A stretch of 57,371 nt of DNA from an uncultured virus (IMG/VR IMGVR_UViG_3300028797_000122) (taxonomy: Duplodnaviria; Heunggongvirae; Uroviricota; Caudoviricetes): IMG/VR virus record IMGVR_UViG_3300028797_000122; one strand, 5' to 3'. Under the pieces are notes generated by a model. It saw only the letters and a program-made list of their open reading frames with translations. It was not told where the DNA came from and did no database searches. This document shows positions 1 to 9,323 of the stretch, in pieces. Made by a program: the position numbers and the translations under genes. Every line of letters starts with the position of its first letter. Positions within the stretch are counted from its first letter, which is position 1.

Positions 1-14
1 CAAAATGTATTTTA

Positions 15-323
15 ATGGTAAAATATGGGTGCAATATGCAGAGAATCACTACACAGTTATACAGGATAGCCAAATTTATAGGCATTTTGGGCATATTCAA
101 GGACTTCTTCGGCGATGAAGTCAAGCTGTCTAAACTCTACCGTGTTCTTATGGGCGCTTTGATAGCGTATATCGTGGGCAGGACTGCCTACATGTCGTAC
201 CGGGTGTTCAAGAACGGGTATGTAAAGGAGATTCAGCGTCGTGTGGACGACGATGACGAAGGTGGCGATTATGGAAATTACGGAGACAATGAAGGCGATG
301 CTCCGTTCCCCGAAGAAGAGTAA
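15..323 (+). CDS. hypothetical protein, hydrophobic segment and acidic tail
   Basis: ORF directly upstream of the AAA gene; start uncertain. Confidence 0.6.
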   Translation: MVKYGCNMQRITTQLYRIAKFIGILGIFKDFFGDEVKLSKLYRVLMGALIAYIVGRTAYMSYRVFKNGYVKEIQRRVDDDDEGGDYGNYGDNEGDAPFPEEE

Positions 324-332
324 GGTGCAAGT

Positions 333-1919
333 ATGAGTAGTAACAACGAGACTCCAAAACCACTGATTAAAGTAGATTTTAAGACTCTTGACGAATGGAA
401 GAAGTTCGGATGGAAGGAAAAGCTTGGCTGGGTACGTCATGTATTCCGTGACAATGTCGGTAACATCAAGGGCATAATCAGCGACAACCTGAATGACCTG
501 TTTGATGTCCTTCATGCGGCATCCAGCCGTGGCACGATATACAGGAAGATGGTGGACCTGGGCAAAATCACTATGTCTTCGACCAAGTTCCTGTCTGGCC
601 TTGAGGAAATCCTTACGAAGGAAACCCGTATCGCAAGTACGCAGTACGACTATATCCTTAAATGGGTCCATTGCCAGTCTATTGACGACTTGTTCATCAA
701 CGATGCCAGCATCAACTCGGATATCGTGAGAACATTCGCTGAGAACATCAAGAAGATTTCCGAGAGCGGGGCGTTTAAAATCAAGAAGATGGAGTACGAC
801 CCGAAGTCGAAAAGCAATGGGCACGACGTGTCTGTGAACTACCTCCTCGAATACACTGGTGACGTTCGGGATGCTGTGGGCATGGAAATTTTCGTCCACT
901 GTGCATACTTCAATACTACGGACAATGCGGCAAAGTCGGTCAACCTTTCTTCGAAGGGTTCGTTCCTGGTTGCAGTCAACATGGTCGGAAGCAACGCCCC
1001 GTATATTGACAAGATTGAAAACAACGGTGACGGGCTGTTTATTGTCTACCATTCTATGCTCATGGTGGCGCTGCAGAACTATGTCAAGAGCCTTGATGTC
1101 AGCAACAATTATGTGAAGCTCGACCCGTACGGAGACCTTAGGGCCACGTCCAGACGCCTCGTCCCGTTCAATATCGACAACTTCGACAAGGACTCCATCA
1201 TCACCGAGATGAAGAGGTGTCTCGAACAGGGTAAGCGCCGTGGATACATGTTCATGGGTGACCCCGGCACTGGCAAGACCGAGTCAATCCAGAAGCTGCT
1301 TGAACAGTTTACCGACATTCCTGTGTTCTGGGTGGACAGCTCGTCGCTAAGTTCCTATACGGCGATTCATGACGTGTTCAAGACACTGCATTACTTCCCG
1401 AAGTCAATCTGTGTTTTTGACGATATCGACGCCTTGGACCTCACGGCCAAGTCTGACAAGACTACCGCCTTTATCGAATGCATGGATTGCAAGGATGACA
1501 GCCTTGCCTACAACGGAATTGTCATCATGACGGTCAACGAGCCGACCCGAGTCCATTCTTCAATCAAGTCTAGGCCGGGTCGTATCGACAAGATTATATA
1601 CATCAAGAACCCTGAGTCCATCGACAGCGTATTCGATGTCATCACTCAGAGGTATGTCAGGGCGGACCACGAGATGCCGTCCAAGTTCAGCATGAAGAAC
1701 AAGAAGTTCGTGGCATGCATGCAGAAATGCATCGACGCCAACTTCACTCACGCCCACATCGCCGGAATCATCGATGACATCATCTATCTTTCCGAGACGA
1801 AGGGCGACGCTCTCATCAAGGAACTTTCAAAGAGAATCGACGACCGCATCATGTCCATCAAGTACGCCAACATGAAGACTAAGAACGGTTATTTCGAGAA
1901 GGGGAGCCTTTCGGACTAA
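333..1919 (+). CDS. AAA+ ATPase (C-terminal AAA domain)
   Basis: Walker A GDPGTGKT, Walker B CVFDDID, SRH SRPGRIDK. Confidence 0.85.
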   Translation: MSSNNETPKPLIKVDFKTLDEWKKFGWKEKLGWVRHVFRDNVGNIKGIISDNLNDLFDVLHAASSRGTIYRKMVDLGKITMSSTKFLSGLEEILTKETRIASTQYDYILKWVHCQSIDDLFINDASINSDIVRTFAENIKKISESGAFKIKKMEYDPKSKSNGHDVSVNYLLEYTGDVRDAVGMEIFVHCAYFNTTDNAAKSVNLSSKGSFLVAVNMVGSNAPYIDKIENNGDGLFIVYHSMLMVALQNYVKSLDVSNNYVKLDPYGDLRATSRRLVPFNIDNFDKDSIITEMKRCLEQGKRRGYMFMGDPGTGKTESIQKLLEQFTDIPVFWVDSSSLSSYTAIHDVFKTLHYFPKSICVFDDIDALDLTAKSDKTTAFIECMDCKDDSLAYNGIVIMTVNEPTRVHSSIKSRPGRIDKIIYIKNPESIDSVFDVITQRYVRADHEMPSKFSMKNKKFVACMQKCIDANFTHAHIAGIIDDIIYLSETKGDALIKELSKRIDDRIMSIKYANMKTKNGYFEKGSLSD

Positions 1920-1959
1920 AACATAGAACCTAGTTATTTAACTAGGTTTTTGCTATGTT
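1920..1959 (+). terminator. intrinsic terminator
   Basis: AACCTAGTT-ATTT-AACTAGGTT hairpin plus T run after the stop. Confidence 0.7.
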
Positions 1960-2011
1960 CTGACGGCATTAAACATTCATCAAAAAATGTGGATACTTGT
2001 GGGAAAAGGTC

Positions 2012-2019
2012 TATAAACT
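2012..2019 (+). promoter_or_regulatory. putative late-type promoter TATAAACT
   Basis: recurrent motif, 24 nt before the nrdD ATG. Confidence 0.55.
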
Positions 2020-2043
2020 ACAAGCACACATTAAGGAATCTGT

Positions 2044-4806
2044 ATGATTAAGTACGTAATTAAAAGAGATGGCCGACGTGCCAAATTTAATCCAGTTAAA
2101 ATTTCTGACGCAATCACGAGTGCTTTCCTCGACAAGGAGATGCAGGTCGGGAAGAGGGAACTAGAAAATCTGACCGACAAGGTCTGTGACAAGATTGAAG
2201 CCTCTACGGACAAGCCGACGGTTAGCGTCGAGACTATCCAGGACATCGTTGAAGATGTACTCATGTCCAAGGACAAGTACAAGGAAGTTGCCAAGGCTTA
2301 CATCCTTTACCGGGCGGAAAGAACCCGCAAGCGTGAATCCAAGAGCAAGATTATCAGCACCATTCAGGAAATCAAGGCTGCCGACCTCAAAAGTTCCAAC
2401 ATCCTCCGTGACAACGCAAATGAATCTGGTTGCACTCCCGCAGGAGCATACGGAAAAATCGCATCAGAGACCAACAAGACTTACAACTTGCTCAATGTCG
2501 TGGACCGTAACATCGCCGAGCTCCATTCCAAGGGCTACATGCACATCCATGACCTGAACCTTTACGACCTCACTTTCAACTGTCTTTTTGCCCCAATCGG
2601 GAAGCTGCTGGAAAAGGGCTTCGACTCTGGTACGGGCTTCATCCGTGCCCCCAAGTCAATCCAGTCTGCCGCATCTATCACCGCCGTAATCCTGCAGCTT
2701 CAATCTAACCAGCAGTTCGGTGGCATCGCTTCCGCAAACCTCGACTTCGAACTCGCCCCCTATGTGGACATGTCCTTCAAGAAGAATCTTGCGTGGATTA
2801 TCGCTTCCGAAAAGGTGTTGGGCGAAAGAAGTCTCGGTTTCGAGTCCTTCGATGACATCGACAATGCAGAAATCGAGAAGGAAATCAAGAAGGAAGCTCA
2901 CGCTATCCGCAGCCAGATGGCTAAGGACGGCCTCAGCCTCGACCAGCCGTTCAAGGATGTCGTCGCAAAGTACGACCGCAAGGCTGTCGTTCAGGCTTAC
3001 ATCAAGACCAAGGACGATACCTACCAGGCGATGGAAGGTCTCGTACACAACCTCAACTCATTGCAGTCCCGCTCTGGCAACCAGGTTCCGTTCAGCAGCT
3101 TGAACTTTGGCCTTGACACTTCCCGTTGCGGTCGTCTCGTTTCGAGCAACCTTATCGCAGCACAGATGGCAGGCCTCGGCGACGGACTTACAGCAATCTT
3201 CCCGATTCTTATCTTCAAGTACATGAAGGGTGTCACCTATCTCCCGGACGACCCGAACTACGATTTGAGGAAGTCTGGTATCGCATGTCTCGCCCGCCGC
3301 TTCTACCCGAACGGTGTCGCAGTTGACAACGAGTTCAACGCCCCGTACATCCGCTACGAATACAACGACGATTTCAAGCTTACCGATGACACCATTGTCA
3401 AGAAGATTGGTAGCGACCGTGTTGCCAAGTATAGTGAAGTCGCTTCCGAAAACGATGTCTATCCTCGCTGGGAAGTCCTTGTTGACGGCAAGTACTGGCA
3501 GATTTGTAAGGGCCGTCTCCAACGCATCATTCCTGAAAGCACGGTTTCCACGATGGGCTGCCGCACCCGTGTTATCGGCAACGTGAATGGCCCGGAACAG
3601 ACTGTTGGCCGTGGCAACCTTGCGTTCCACACACTTAACCTCCCGAAGCTCGCAGTCGAGGCTCATATCGAGGCTACGACGGAAGCTGACCGCATCAAGC
3701 TCTTCAACGAGAAGCTTGACCGTATGCTCGTTGTCGCAAAGAAGTCCCTTGAAGACCGTTTCGAAGTTATCGCAAAGAAGACGTACGAGAACTTCCCGTT
3801 CACGATGCAACAGGGCCTGTATCTCACGTCCGACGACAAGGTTCACGACATTCATGACACCATCGCAGAAGTTCTCCGTCAGGGTACTCTCTCCATCGGT
3901 TACATCGGCGTTTACGAAGCTGTTCTCGCACTCACGGGCAAGACCTGGGGCAAGGACGAGGAAGTGTTCGATGTCGGTTACAACATGATTAAGCGTATCC
4001 GTGACTTCTGTGACAAGACCCAGAAGGAAACCCACATGAACTGGAGCTGCTTTGCAACTCCTGCAGAAGCCGTCTGTGGAAGGTTCTGCAACATCGACAT
4101 GCATCAGTTCATGAGGAACGCCGCACTCGAAGGTGAATTGTTCACGAAGGAAAGTTACGATATTGAGGATGCAAATGCTTGCATTTCCGTAAGGAATGTC
4201 GCTACGAAGAACAAGGTGTCGATTCCTTATCCTGAACTTCTCGAAAACAAGTCTGCCTATGTTGACAAGTACGAATATTGTCATGATGGAAAGTGGGGTA
4301 TCATCGACTCCATCAGCAAGCAGAAGATTGGCGTCAAGTATTGGACCGACTTCGGTTACCACATGTGGGGCAAGGGCTACCTGACCAACTCCCATATGCT
4401 TCCGTTCAGCTTGAAGACCACGCTTGCAAACAAAATCAAGTGGGAAGCTCCGTTCCACAAGATTACCAACGCTGGGCACATCTTCTACCACAAGATGGAT
4501 GGCGACCTCAGCAAGAACCTCGAAGGTGTCGAACAGGCGATGAACGCAATGTACGAGGGAGGCATGGGTTACTTCACGGTGACCATGGATTCCGATACGT
4601 GCATCGCTCCGCAGCCTAATGGAAAACCGTGCGGATTCCACGGTGTAATCAATGGCCGTTGCCCGAAGTGCGGTAATATGTTGGAAAAATATATCATTCG
4701 TGTAAGAAGAATAACAGGTTATCTTACGGGCGCCCCGCAGAAGTCGATATTTGACGCCTGGAACCAGGGTAAGATAAATGAATGGGGTGACCGAGTGAAC
4801 ATTTAA
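2044..4806 (+). CDS. nrdD: class III anaerobic ribonucleoside-triphosphate reductase with ATP-cone
   Basis: ATP-cone VIKRDG, HIHDL, finger loop MGCRT, TPAE, TNSH, C-terminal Cys cluster and glycyl-radical RRITGYL. Confidence 0.97.
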   Translation: MIKYVIKRDGRRAKFNPVKISDAITSAFLDKEMQVGKRELENLTDKVCDKIEASTDKPTVSVETIQDIVEDVLMSKDKYKEVAKAYILYRAERTRKRESKSKIISTIQEIKAADLKSSNILRDNANESGCTPAGAYGKIASETNKTYNLLNVVDRNIAELHSKGYMHIHDLNLYDLTFNCLFAPIGKLLEKGFDSGTGFIRAPKSIQSAASITAVILQLQSNQQFGGIASANLDFELAPYVDMSFKKNLAWIIASEKVLGERSLGFESFDDIDNAEIEKEIKKEAHAIRSQMAKDGLSLDQPFKDVVAKYDRKAVVQAYIKTKDDTYQAMEGLVHNLNSLQSRSGNQVPFSSLNFGLDTSRCGRLVSSNLIAAQMAGLGDGLTAIFPILIFKYMKGVTYLPDDPNYDLRKSGIACLARRFYPNGVAVDNEFNAPYIRYEYNDDFKLTDDTIVKKIGSDRVAKYSEVASENDVYPRWEVLVDGKYWQICKGRLQRIIPESTVSTMGCRTRVIGNVNGPEQTVGRGNLAFHTLNLPKLAVEAHIEATTEADRIKLFNEKLDRMLVVAKKSLEDRFEVIAKKTYENFPFTMQQGLYLTSDDKVHDIHDTIAEVLRQGTLSIGYIGVYEAVLALTGKTWGKDEEVFDVGYNMIKRIRDFCDKTQKETHMNWSCFATPAEAVCGRFCNIDMHQFMRNAALEGELFTKESYDIEDANACISVRNVATKNKVSIPYPELLENKSAYVDKYEYCHDGKWGIIDSISKQKIGVKYWTDFGYHMWGKGYLTNSHMLPFSLKTTLANKIKWEAPFHKITNAGHIFYHKMDGDLSKNLEGVEQAMNAMYEGGMGYFTVTMDSDTCIAPQPNGKPCGFHGVINGRCPKCGNMLEKYIIRVRRITGYLTGAPQKSIFDAWNQGKINEWGDRVNI

Positions 4807-4825
4807 TGTATAACTCAATAATAAC

Positions 4826-4858
4826 AAAGCCGTTTGAACTTAGTTTCAAACGGCTTTT
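4826..4858. terminator. bidirectional intrinsic terminator
   Basis: 13-bp stem AAAGCCGTTTGAA/TTCAAACGGCTTT between convergent genes. Confidence 0.85.
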
Positions 4859-4877
4859 CTGTATATTCTAGTAAACT

Positions 4878-5645
4878 TTATTTGCTAGTATATGGAAGGT
4901 CATCGTTTTTCCATTCAGTTTTAAACCTATGCACATCACGCATGATTCTCCAGGCACATTGCTCTGGTTCGATTACGCTATCCATTCCAGCATTGTTATC
5001 TTCTTGACCCTCCGTGCCGTAGAAAACAGCTTTTACGTCTGCTGCGTCAGGGCCGTTCATTGGGTCAAAACTGTACAGGACTTCCTCTTTCTCTTCTGGG
5101 CTCACATCATCAAGGAAGTCGATTAAAGATGCGTAGCGTATTCCGCTGAGATGTGTTGAATAATTGTCATCAGGGGGCTCGTCCATTCCATGGTTTGGAT
5201 AAATGAAGCCCAAGCAGACGGTCTTGTACCATACAGTGCATTCGTGTTTTTCATCGTCATATTCCACCGTTACGTCATCATTTCCGCTACGGGATGCGAG
5301 TAACTGGTTTATGTGTCTGGCCAAGTTGGATAGTGACCTGTCTCGTACTTCATTGCTGTCAGCGTCCCAGTCTCCGTTCTTAAACAACCACTCGTTTCTT
5401 TGTTTCATGATATGCGGGTGGTCATGATACTCCATCGTCTTTTTAAAGAGAGGGTCTTCATGAAACGGCTTGCTATCTAATGGAAAGAATGCATAGCCAG
5501 CACCAGTTCCTTCCATAATGGATTTTTCGCTCGCTTCGCACAATACATTGAAACCTTCTTTTAGTGCAGGCAGTGCGTTCATGCAGTTGAACTTTCGGCA
5601 TACTCCTTCAAGGAACGCATTCATGGTCTTCTGATATTCTTTCAT
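4878..5645 (-). CDS. hypothetical late protein with shared N-terminal leader
   Basis: ORF with GGAG RBS and upstream TATAAACT. Confidence 0.75.
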   Translation of the reverse strand: MKEYQKTMNAFLEGVCRKFNCMNALPALKEGFNVLCEASEKSIMEGTGAGYAFFPLDSKPFHEDPLFKKTMEYHDHPHIMKQRNEWLFKNGDWDADSNEVRDRSLSNLARHINQLLASRSGNDDVTVEYDDEKHECTVWYKTVCLGFIYPNHGMDEPPDDNYSTHLSGIRYASLIDFLDDVSPEEKEEVLYSFDPMNGPDAADVKAVFYGTEGQEDNNAGMDSVIEPEQCAWRIMRDVHRFKTEWKNDDLPYTSK

Positions 5646-5679
5646 AACACTTACTCCGAGTGTTTGACTTTATACCAGT

Positions 5680-5687
5680 AGTTTATA
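5680..5687 (-). promoter_or_regulatory. putative late promoter TATAAACT
   Basis: motif 34 nt upstream of the ATG at 5645. Confidence 0.6.
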
Positions 5688-6366
5688 CATCCCTGATTTC
5701 CATAAGGGTTTCCACCAGGCTTCCATATTTCTTGCTGGTGGAAAATTCGAGGAGGCCCTTGGTGGTAGCGTCCAGTTCGTAACCACGGTCGTACATGATG
5801 TGGCACCTGAGGACTTCGCAAAGCCAGAATGCGTCGGCGATATCGTTCACAGGGGAGTCGTAGTTTCCCTTGAACTCCTCGGGGAACCATTGCGGATACA
5901 TTTCCTCCCAGGCTTGGCACATTGCTGGCTTGCCCGCCTTGCCGTTACCCGTTGCGAAATTCTTGTTCTGGTCGATGTTGTACGCTATGACTCCTATGCC
6001 CCGGTCGAATGCGGAGACTTTGAGGGAACCCGCAATCTGGGCGAGCTGCAGGATGGAGTTGGTGTCGCATGACTTTTGTTTAAGTTTACCGTAAGCTAAG
6101 TCTTCCATCGACATGTACTTAACACCTTCGGTATCTTCCATGAGGTAGTTCGTAATCCACGACAGGCGGTGGATGAGGCCTATCTTTGTCCAGTTCTTCG
6201 GCAGATGCCTGATGTGTATATTGTCAGTCTCGAAACAGCGTTTCTTTACCTGGTGGTAGCCATAGAACTGTATGTCCACGATGTCCAGATTCTTGTCCTC
6301 GTCGAGAGTCATGATGACCTTGCCGCTCGAATTCAGCGACTGGTCTATTCCCATTATTTTAAACAT
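5683..6366 (-). CDS. RuvC-like Holliday junction resolvase
   Basis: IMGIDQS, central E, K..ATGNGKAGK, DIADA acidic motif; start moved to MFKIMGID. Confidence 0.8.
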   Translation of the reverse strand: MFKIMGIDQSLNSSGKVIMTLDEDKNLDIVDIQFYGYHQVKKRCFETDNIHIRHLPKNWTKIGLIHRLSWITNYLMEDTEGVKYMSMEDLAYGKLKQKSCDTNSILQLAQIAGSLKVSAFDRGIGVIAYNIDQNKNFATGNGKAGKPAMCQAWEEMYPQWFPEEFKGNYDSPVNDIADAFWLCEVLRCHIMYDRGYELDATTKGLLEFSTSKKYGSLVETLMEIRDV

Positions 6367-6392
6367 TTGCAATCCATTAGGTTCATCTATGG

Positions 6393-6400
6393 TATAAACT
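6393..6400 (+). promoter_or_regulatory. putative late promoter TATAAACT
   Basis: motif 30 nt upstream of the ATG at 6431. Confidence 0.6.
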
Positions 6401-6430
6401 ATATTTAATTGGAATCCATAGGATATCAAC

Positions 6431-6778
6431 ATGAAAGTAAAAGCAAACGATTTGTTTGAAAGCTATCTGAAAACGATTTGTAATTCCCAGGCACAGTTCG
6501 AGGCAATCAACAACCTGCACAAGCTCTATTTCGAGTCCGATATGGGTAAGGAAGTGGAATGCGGTGATGATGCCGACTGCTGCAAAGGTGAATGCAAGGA
6601 CGGAAAGTGTGAATGCAAAGACGGCAAATGCGACTGCAAGGATGACAAGTGCGAAGGCAAGAAGGGTATCAACGAAGCCGTAGGTGAAGATGGCATTGAT
6701 ATCCAGGAAGAAGCAAGAAGGAACGGTCTCAGCGTGCCCGAATATCAGAAAGCGTTGGAGATGTTTACCAGCAACTAA
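6431..6778 (+). CDS. small late protein with Cys-rich CKDGKC repeats
   Basis: ORF, RBS AGGA, tandem repeats. Confidence 0.75.
   Translation: MKVKANDLFESYLKTICNSQAQFEAINNLHKLYFESDMGKEVECGDDADCCKGECKDGKCECKDGKCDCKDDKCEGKKGINEAVGEDGIDIQEEARRNGLSVPEYQKALEMFTSN
6590..6655 (+). repeat. ~3x 21-nt imperfect coding tandem repeat ([E/D]CKD[G/D]KC)
   Basis: gaatgcaaggacggaaagtgt / gaatgcaaagacggcaaatgc / gactgcaaggatgacaagtgc. Confidence 0.8.
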
Positions 6779-6789
6779 GGGGCTTTGTT

Positions 6790-8160
6790 ATGGATAAGAG
6801 AGGGTTTAACATTGGGCTGAACGGTCTCAAGGACAAATTCCCCGACAAGTTGATACTTATCGAGGGTTTGCAGCGTGCATTTAACCGTGAAGTCCCGTCG
6901 ATTTCGAGGGAGAACCTTGTCGCCCTGTATCAGAACCCTGCCCAGTTCATGGTGAAGAAGATACTTGCGGACGGCCTTTGGACGACTCAGCTCCATGAAT
7001 GGGCGGATAATGGCCTTGAAGACCTGCTTTACATCAATCCGATTTATCTGGGTGCCAAGAACGCCTATGGTGATACCGTGTTGATGAACCTTGTCGAGTA
7101 CGCTATCGGAAAGACGACGGAGCAAATCAATTTCGATTTCCTTAAAAAGCTACTTGAAAACCCGATGGTATTCGAGTACAAGATTAACGAGGACGGGGAA
7201 ACATGTCAGGAAAGCGTTTGGGATATCAAGGATGTGACCGGGCGCACTCCGATAGACTACCTTAGCGATATGGCTAGCGGAACGGGCACTTGTGCTGGAT
7301 GCGAACCTATCGTTGAACTTGCCCCTCTCATCGCTGAGTGGTCATCCATCATGCAGCAGGCACTTCCCGCTGAAGATGAAGGTGACATGACCGAAGAACC
7401 CGTTGAAGAAGAACAACCTGAGGAACAAGCACCTCCGACGGAAGATGAAATTCTTGCATCGATTTCTGAATACGAACTTTGCGATGGCGAGTGTAACCCT
7501 GGAGAAGATGAACCTCTTGCTGACATGGATGCCGCCGATGGAAGTAATCCAGACACGGGCATTGTCGATGAGGCTCCCGCAGATAACGGCGTTGATGAGG
7601 AACCCATTCCCGAAGAAGCCCGTGCCATGATTCACGATGAGGTCGGAAAGGACCCGTTCATCCGTGACACTGGAAATGTGGAAAGAATCGCTAGGGCTAA
7701 GCCGACGGTTACCGAATCTGTATCTGGGGACGCCCCGGAGTACCGTACCCCGACTTATGACGAGCTTAAAAGCTTGATTCACAAGTCTTCCGAGAATGAA
7801 CACCAGAAGTACCGCAACGACTGGGAACAGAACAAGGATGCCATCATTGCCGAAGACGAGCAGTTTGCCGATGATATCATGTCGGGTTCAGCCGTCGCAT
7901 TGACCAAGACGGGTGACGACATCGTCATCTACACGCCGCAGGATGGTGGATACTTCATCTGCGACCTGTACGTGGATGAACCATTGAGGGGTCAGGGCAT
8001 CGGTTCGGAACTGGTTCAGGAAGTGATTGACCGTGCGGGAGACAGTCCAGTATGCCTTTGCGTTGCGAAGGGCAATACGGATGCGCAGAACCTGTACGAA
8101 AAGTTCGGTTTCAGAAAATGCGGGGAAACCCCTGAGCAATACAAGATGATACGAGCCTGA
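6790..8160 (+). CDS. ankyrin-like motifs, acidic linker and C-terminal GNAT acetyltransferase
   Basis: GNAT motif A LYVDEPLRGQGIGSEL and N..AQNLYEKFGF; ank-like KNAYGDT and KDVTGRTP. Confidence 0.8.
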   Translation: MDKRGFNIGLNGLKDKFPDKLILIEGLQRAFNREVPSISRENLVALYQNPAQFMVKKILADGLWTTQLHEWADNGLEDLLYINPIYLGAKNAYGDTVLMNLVEYAIGKTTEQINFDFLKKLLENPMVFEYKINEDGETCQESVWDIKDVTGRTPIDYLSDMASGTGTCAGCEPIVELAPLIAEWSSIMQQALPAEDEGDMTEEPVEEEQPEEQAPPTEDEILASISEYELCDGECNPGEDEPLADMDAADGSNPDTGIVDEAPADNGVDEEPIPEEARAMIHDEVGKDPFIRDTGNVERIARAKPTVTESVSGDAPEYRTPTYDELKSLIHKSSENEHQKYRNDWEQNKDAIIAEDEQFADDIMSGSAVALTKTGDDIVIYTPQDGGYFICDLYVDEPLRGQGIGSELVQEVIDRAGDSPVCLCVAKGNTDAQNLYEKFGFRKCGETPEQYKMIRA

Positions 8161-8161
8161 T

Positions 8162-8428
8162 TTACTTGACCGTGGTTACATCGGTTCCATCAGGAAGGGT
8201 CTGAGTCATTTTCAGGCCCTCTTCTGTTATACGGATGTTGTTGTCCTTGTGTTCGTCGAGGGTTTCAAACTCGGCAAGGGACGGGGGTTCCTCGTCGGCC
8301 ATGTCAACGAGGTTTGCGTCGGGGGTGTTTTCCCCGTATACGGTGTTGTACAGGTCGCTTACCGTCTGTTTGTCAATGTCGTTGAGTTCTTCCGAACCTT
8401 CGATTGCTTCTAAAAAACTGCGTTTCAT
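8162..8428 (-). CDS. hypothetical acidic protein with shared leader
   Basis: AGGAG RBS, overlaps the upstream stop. Confidence 0.7.
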   Translation of the reverse strand: MKRSFLEAIEGSEELNDIDKQTVSDLYNTVYGENTPDANLVDMADEEPPSLAEFETLDEHKDNNIRITEEGLKMTQTLPDGTDVTTVK

Positions 8429-9249
8429 TTTGTTGTCTCCTTGGGGAACCCTTTCATGGTTATGACCCCGTTCTCGCTCAGCCTAAGCAGTTTGCTGTAA
8501 TCTCCTACCTGCCAATCTCCCGAATCGACGCCAGAGTGTCTAGGGTCTTCCCAGAACGACTTGGTGTAACCCTTTATGTTCGGACCCGGCTTAAATATAG
8601 AAAATACATGCGACCGGGTGTAGTTCTTCATTACATGGAGGATGGATTTTCCGCACAAGTCCTTGTTCTTGAATATCTTGTACCAGACAAGGTACTTGTC
8701 GTCGGGGTCGGTCACGTTCGGCTTGATGACGAGTGCGAACTCTCCACGGTTGAACTTCATCGTCCTGAGGTAGTCATCGTCGGTGAACCTGTGTCTCGGG
8801 AATCCTCCCTCGTTACAGTACACTGACACGACATACTTGCCGTTGCTCATTTCCTTGATTCGTTCAATCCATTCGGAGAAGGTGTACCCGTGGCAACCTC
8901 GTATTCCGCTCCCGTTCCACTCGCTGAACTTTATGCGTGAGAACTGGTATATGTGAATCATCTCGTGAAGGAGGAGCTGTTCAGCCTCGTGCTGGGTGAT
9001 GTTGTTGTAGAATGTGGAGAGCCTTATCCTGAATGTCCCGACGTACCACTCGTGGTTTTTCATCGTGCATTCCTTCGTGCGGCGTTCGTTTTTCCAGTAT
9101 CTTGCGTCTCCACCGAAGGTTTTTGCGTTTACGAGCTTGAACTCAATATTGGCAGGGAGCTTTCCCTTGAAGAACATGGCGTTAAACTTGTCGTATGACT
9201 CCCTCATCCATTCGATTGTCGGAACAAACATAACCCTTCCGTTCTTCAT
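8425..9249 (-). CDS. SprT-like zinc metalloprotease
   Basis: Y..FN..FF.G.LP, IRLS, LLHEMIH, HG..F. Confidence 0.85.
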   Translation of the reverse strand: MKNGRVMFVPTIEWMRESYDKFNAMFFKGKLPANIEFKLVNAKTFGGDARYWKNERRTKECTMKNHEWYVGTFRIRLSTFYNNITQHEAEQLLLHEMIHIYQFSRIKFSEWNGSGIRGCHGYTFSEWIERIKEMSNGKYVVSVYCNEGGFPRHRFTDDDYLRTMKFNRGEFALVIKPNVTDPDDKYLVWYKIFKNKDLCGKSILHVMKNYTRSHVFSIFKPGPNIKGYTKSFWEDPRHSGVDSGDWQVGDYSKLLRLSENGVITMKGFPKETTK

Positions 9250-9272
9250 ATTTCCCCCAGTGCGTACCTTAA

Positions 9273-9280
9273 AGTTTATA
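9273..9280 (-). promoter_or_regulatory. putative late promoter TATAAACT (divergent GATAAACT at 9293-9300 on +)
   Basis: motif 23 nt upstream of the ATG at 9249. Confidence 0.55.
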
Positions 9281-9323
9281 GGGCGGCGACCCGATAAACT
9301 ATTATAAAAAACGAGGAGTTATT

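Noticed and set aside
2044..4806. Intein or group I intron in nrdD
   Set aside because: The frame is continuous, the insertions are short, and there are no C/S...HN-C/S/T junctions or homing endonuclease motifs.
3058..4827. 589-aa antisense ORF (also 57-1052, 19874-21115, 23323-24234 and many shorter ones)
   Set aside because: These are shadows of well-supported genes. Codon bias on the sense strand leaves few stops on the opposite strand, and they show no motifs or RBS.
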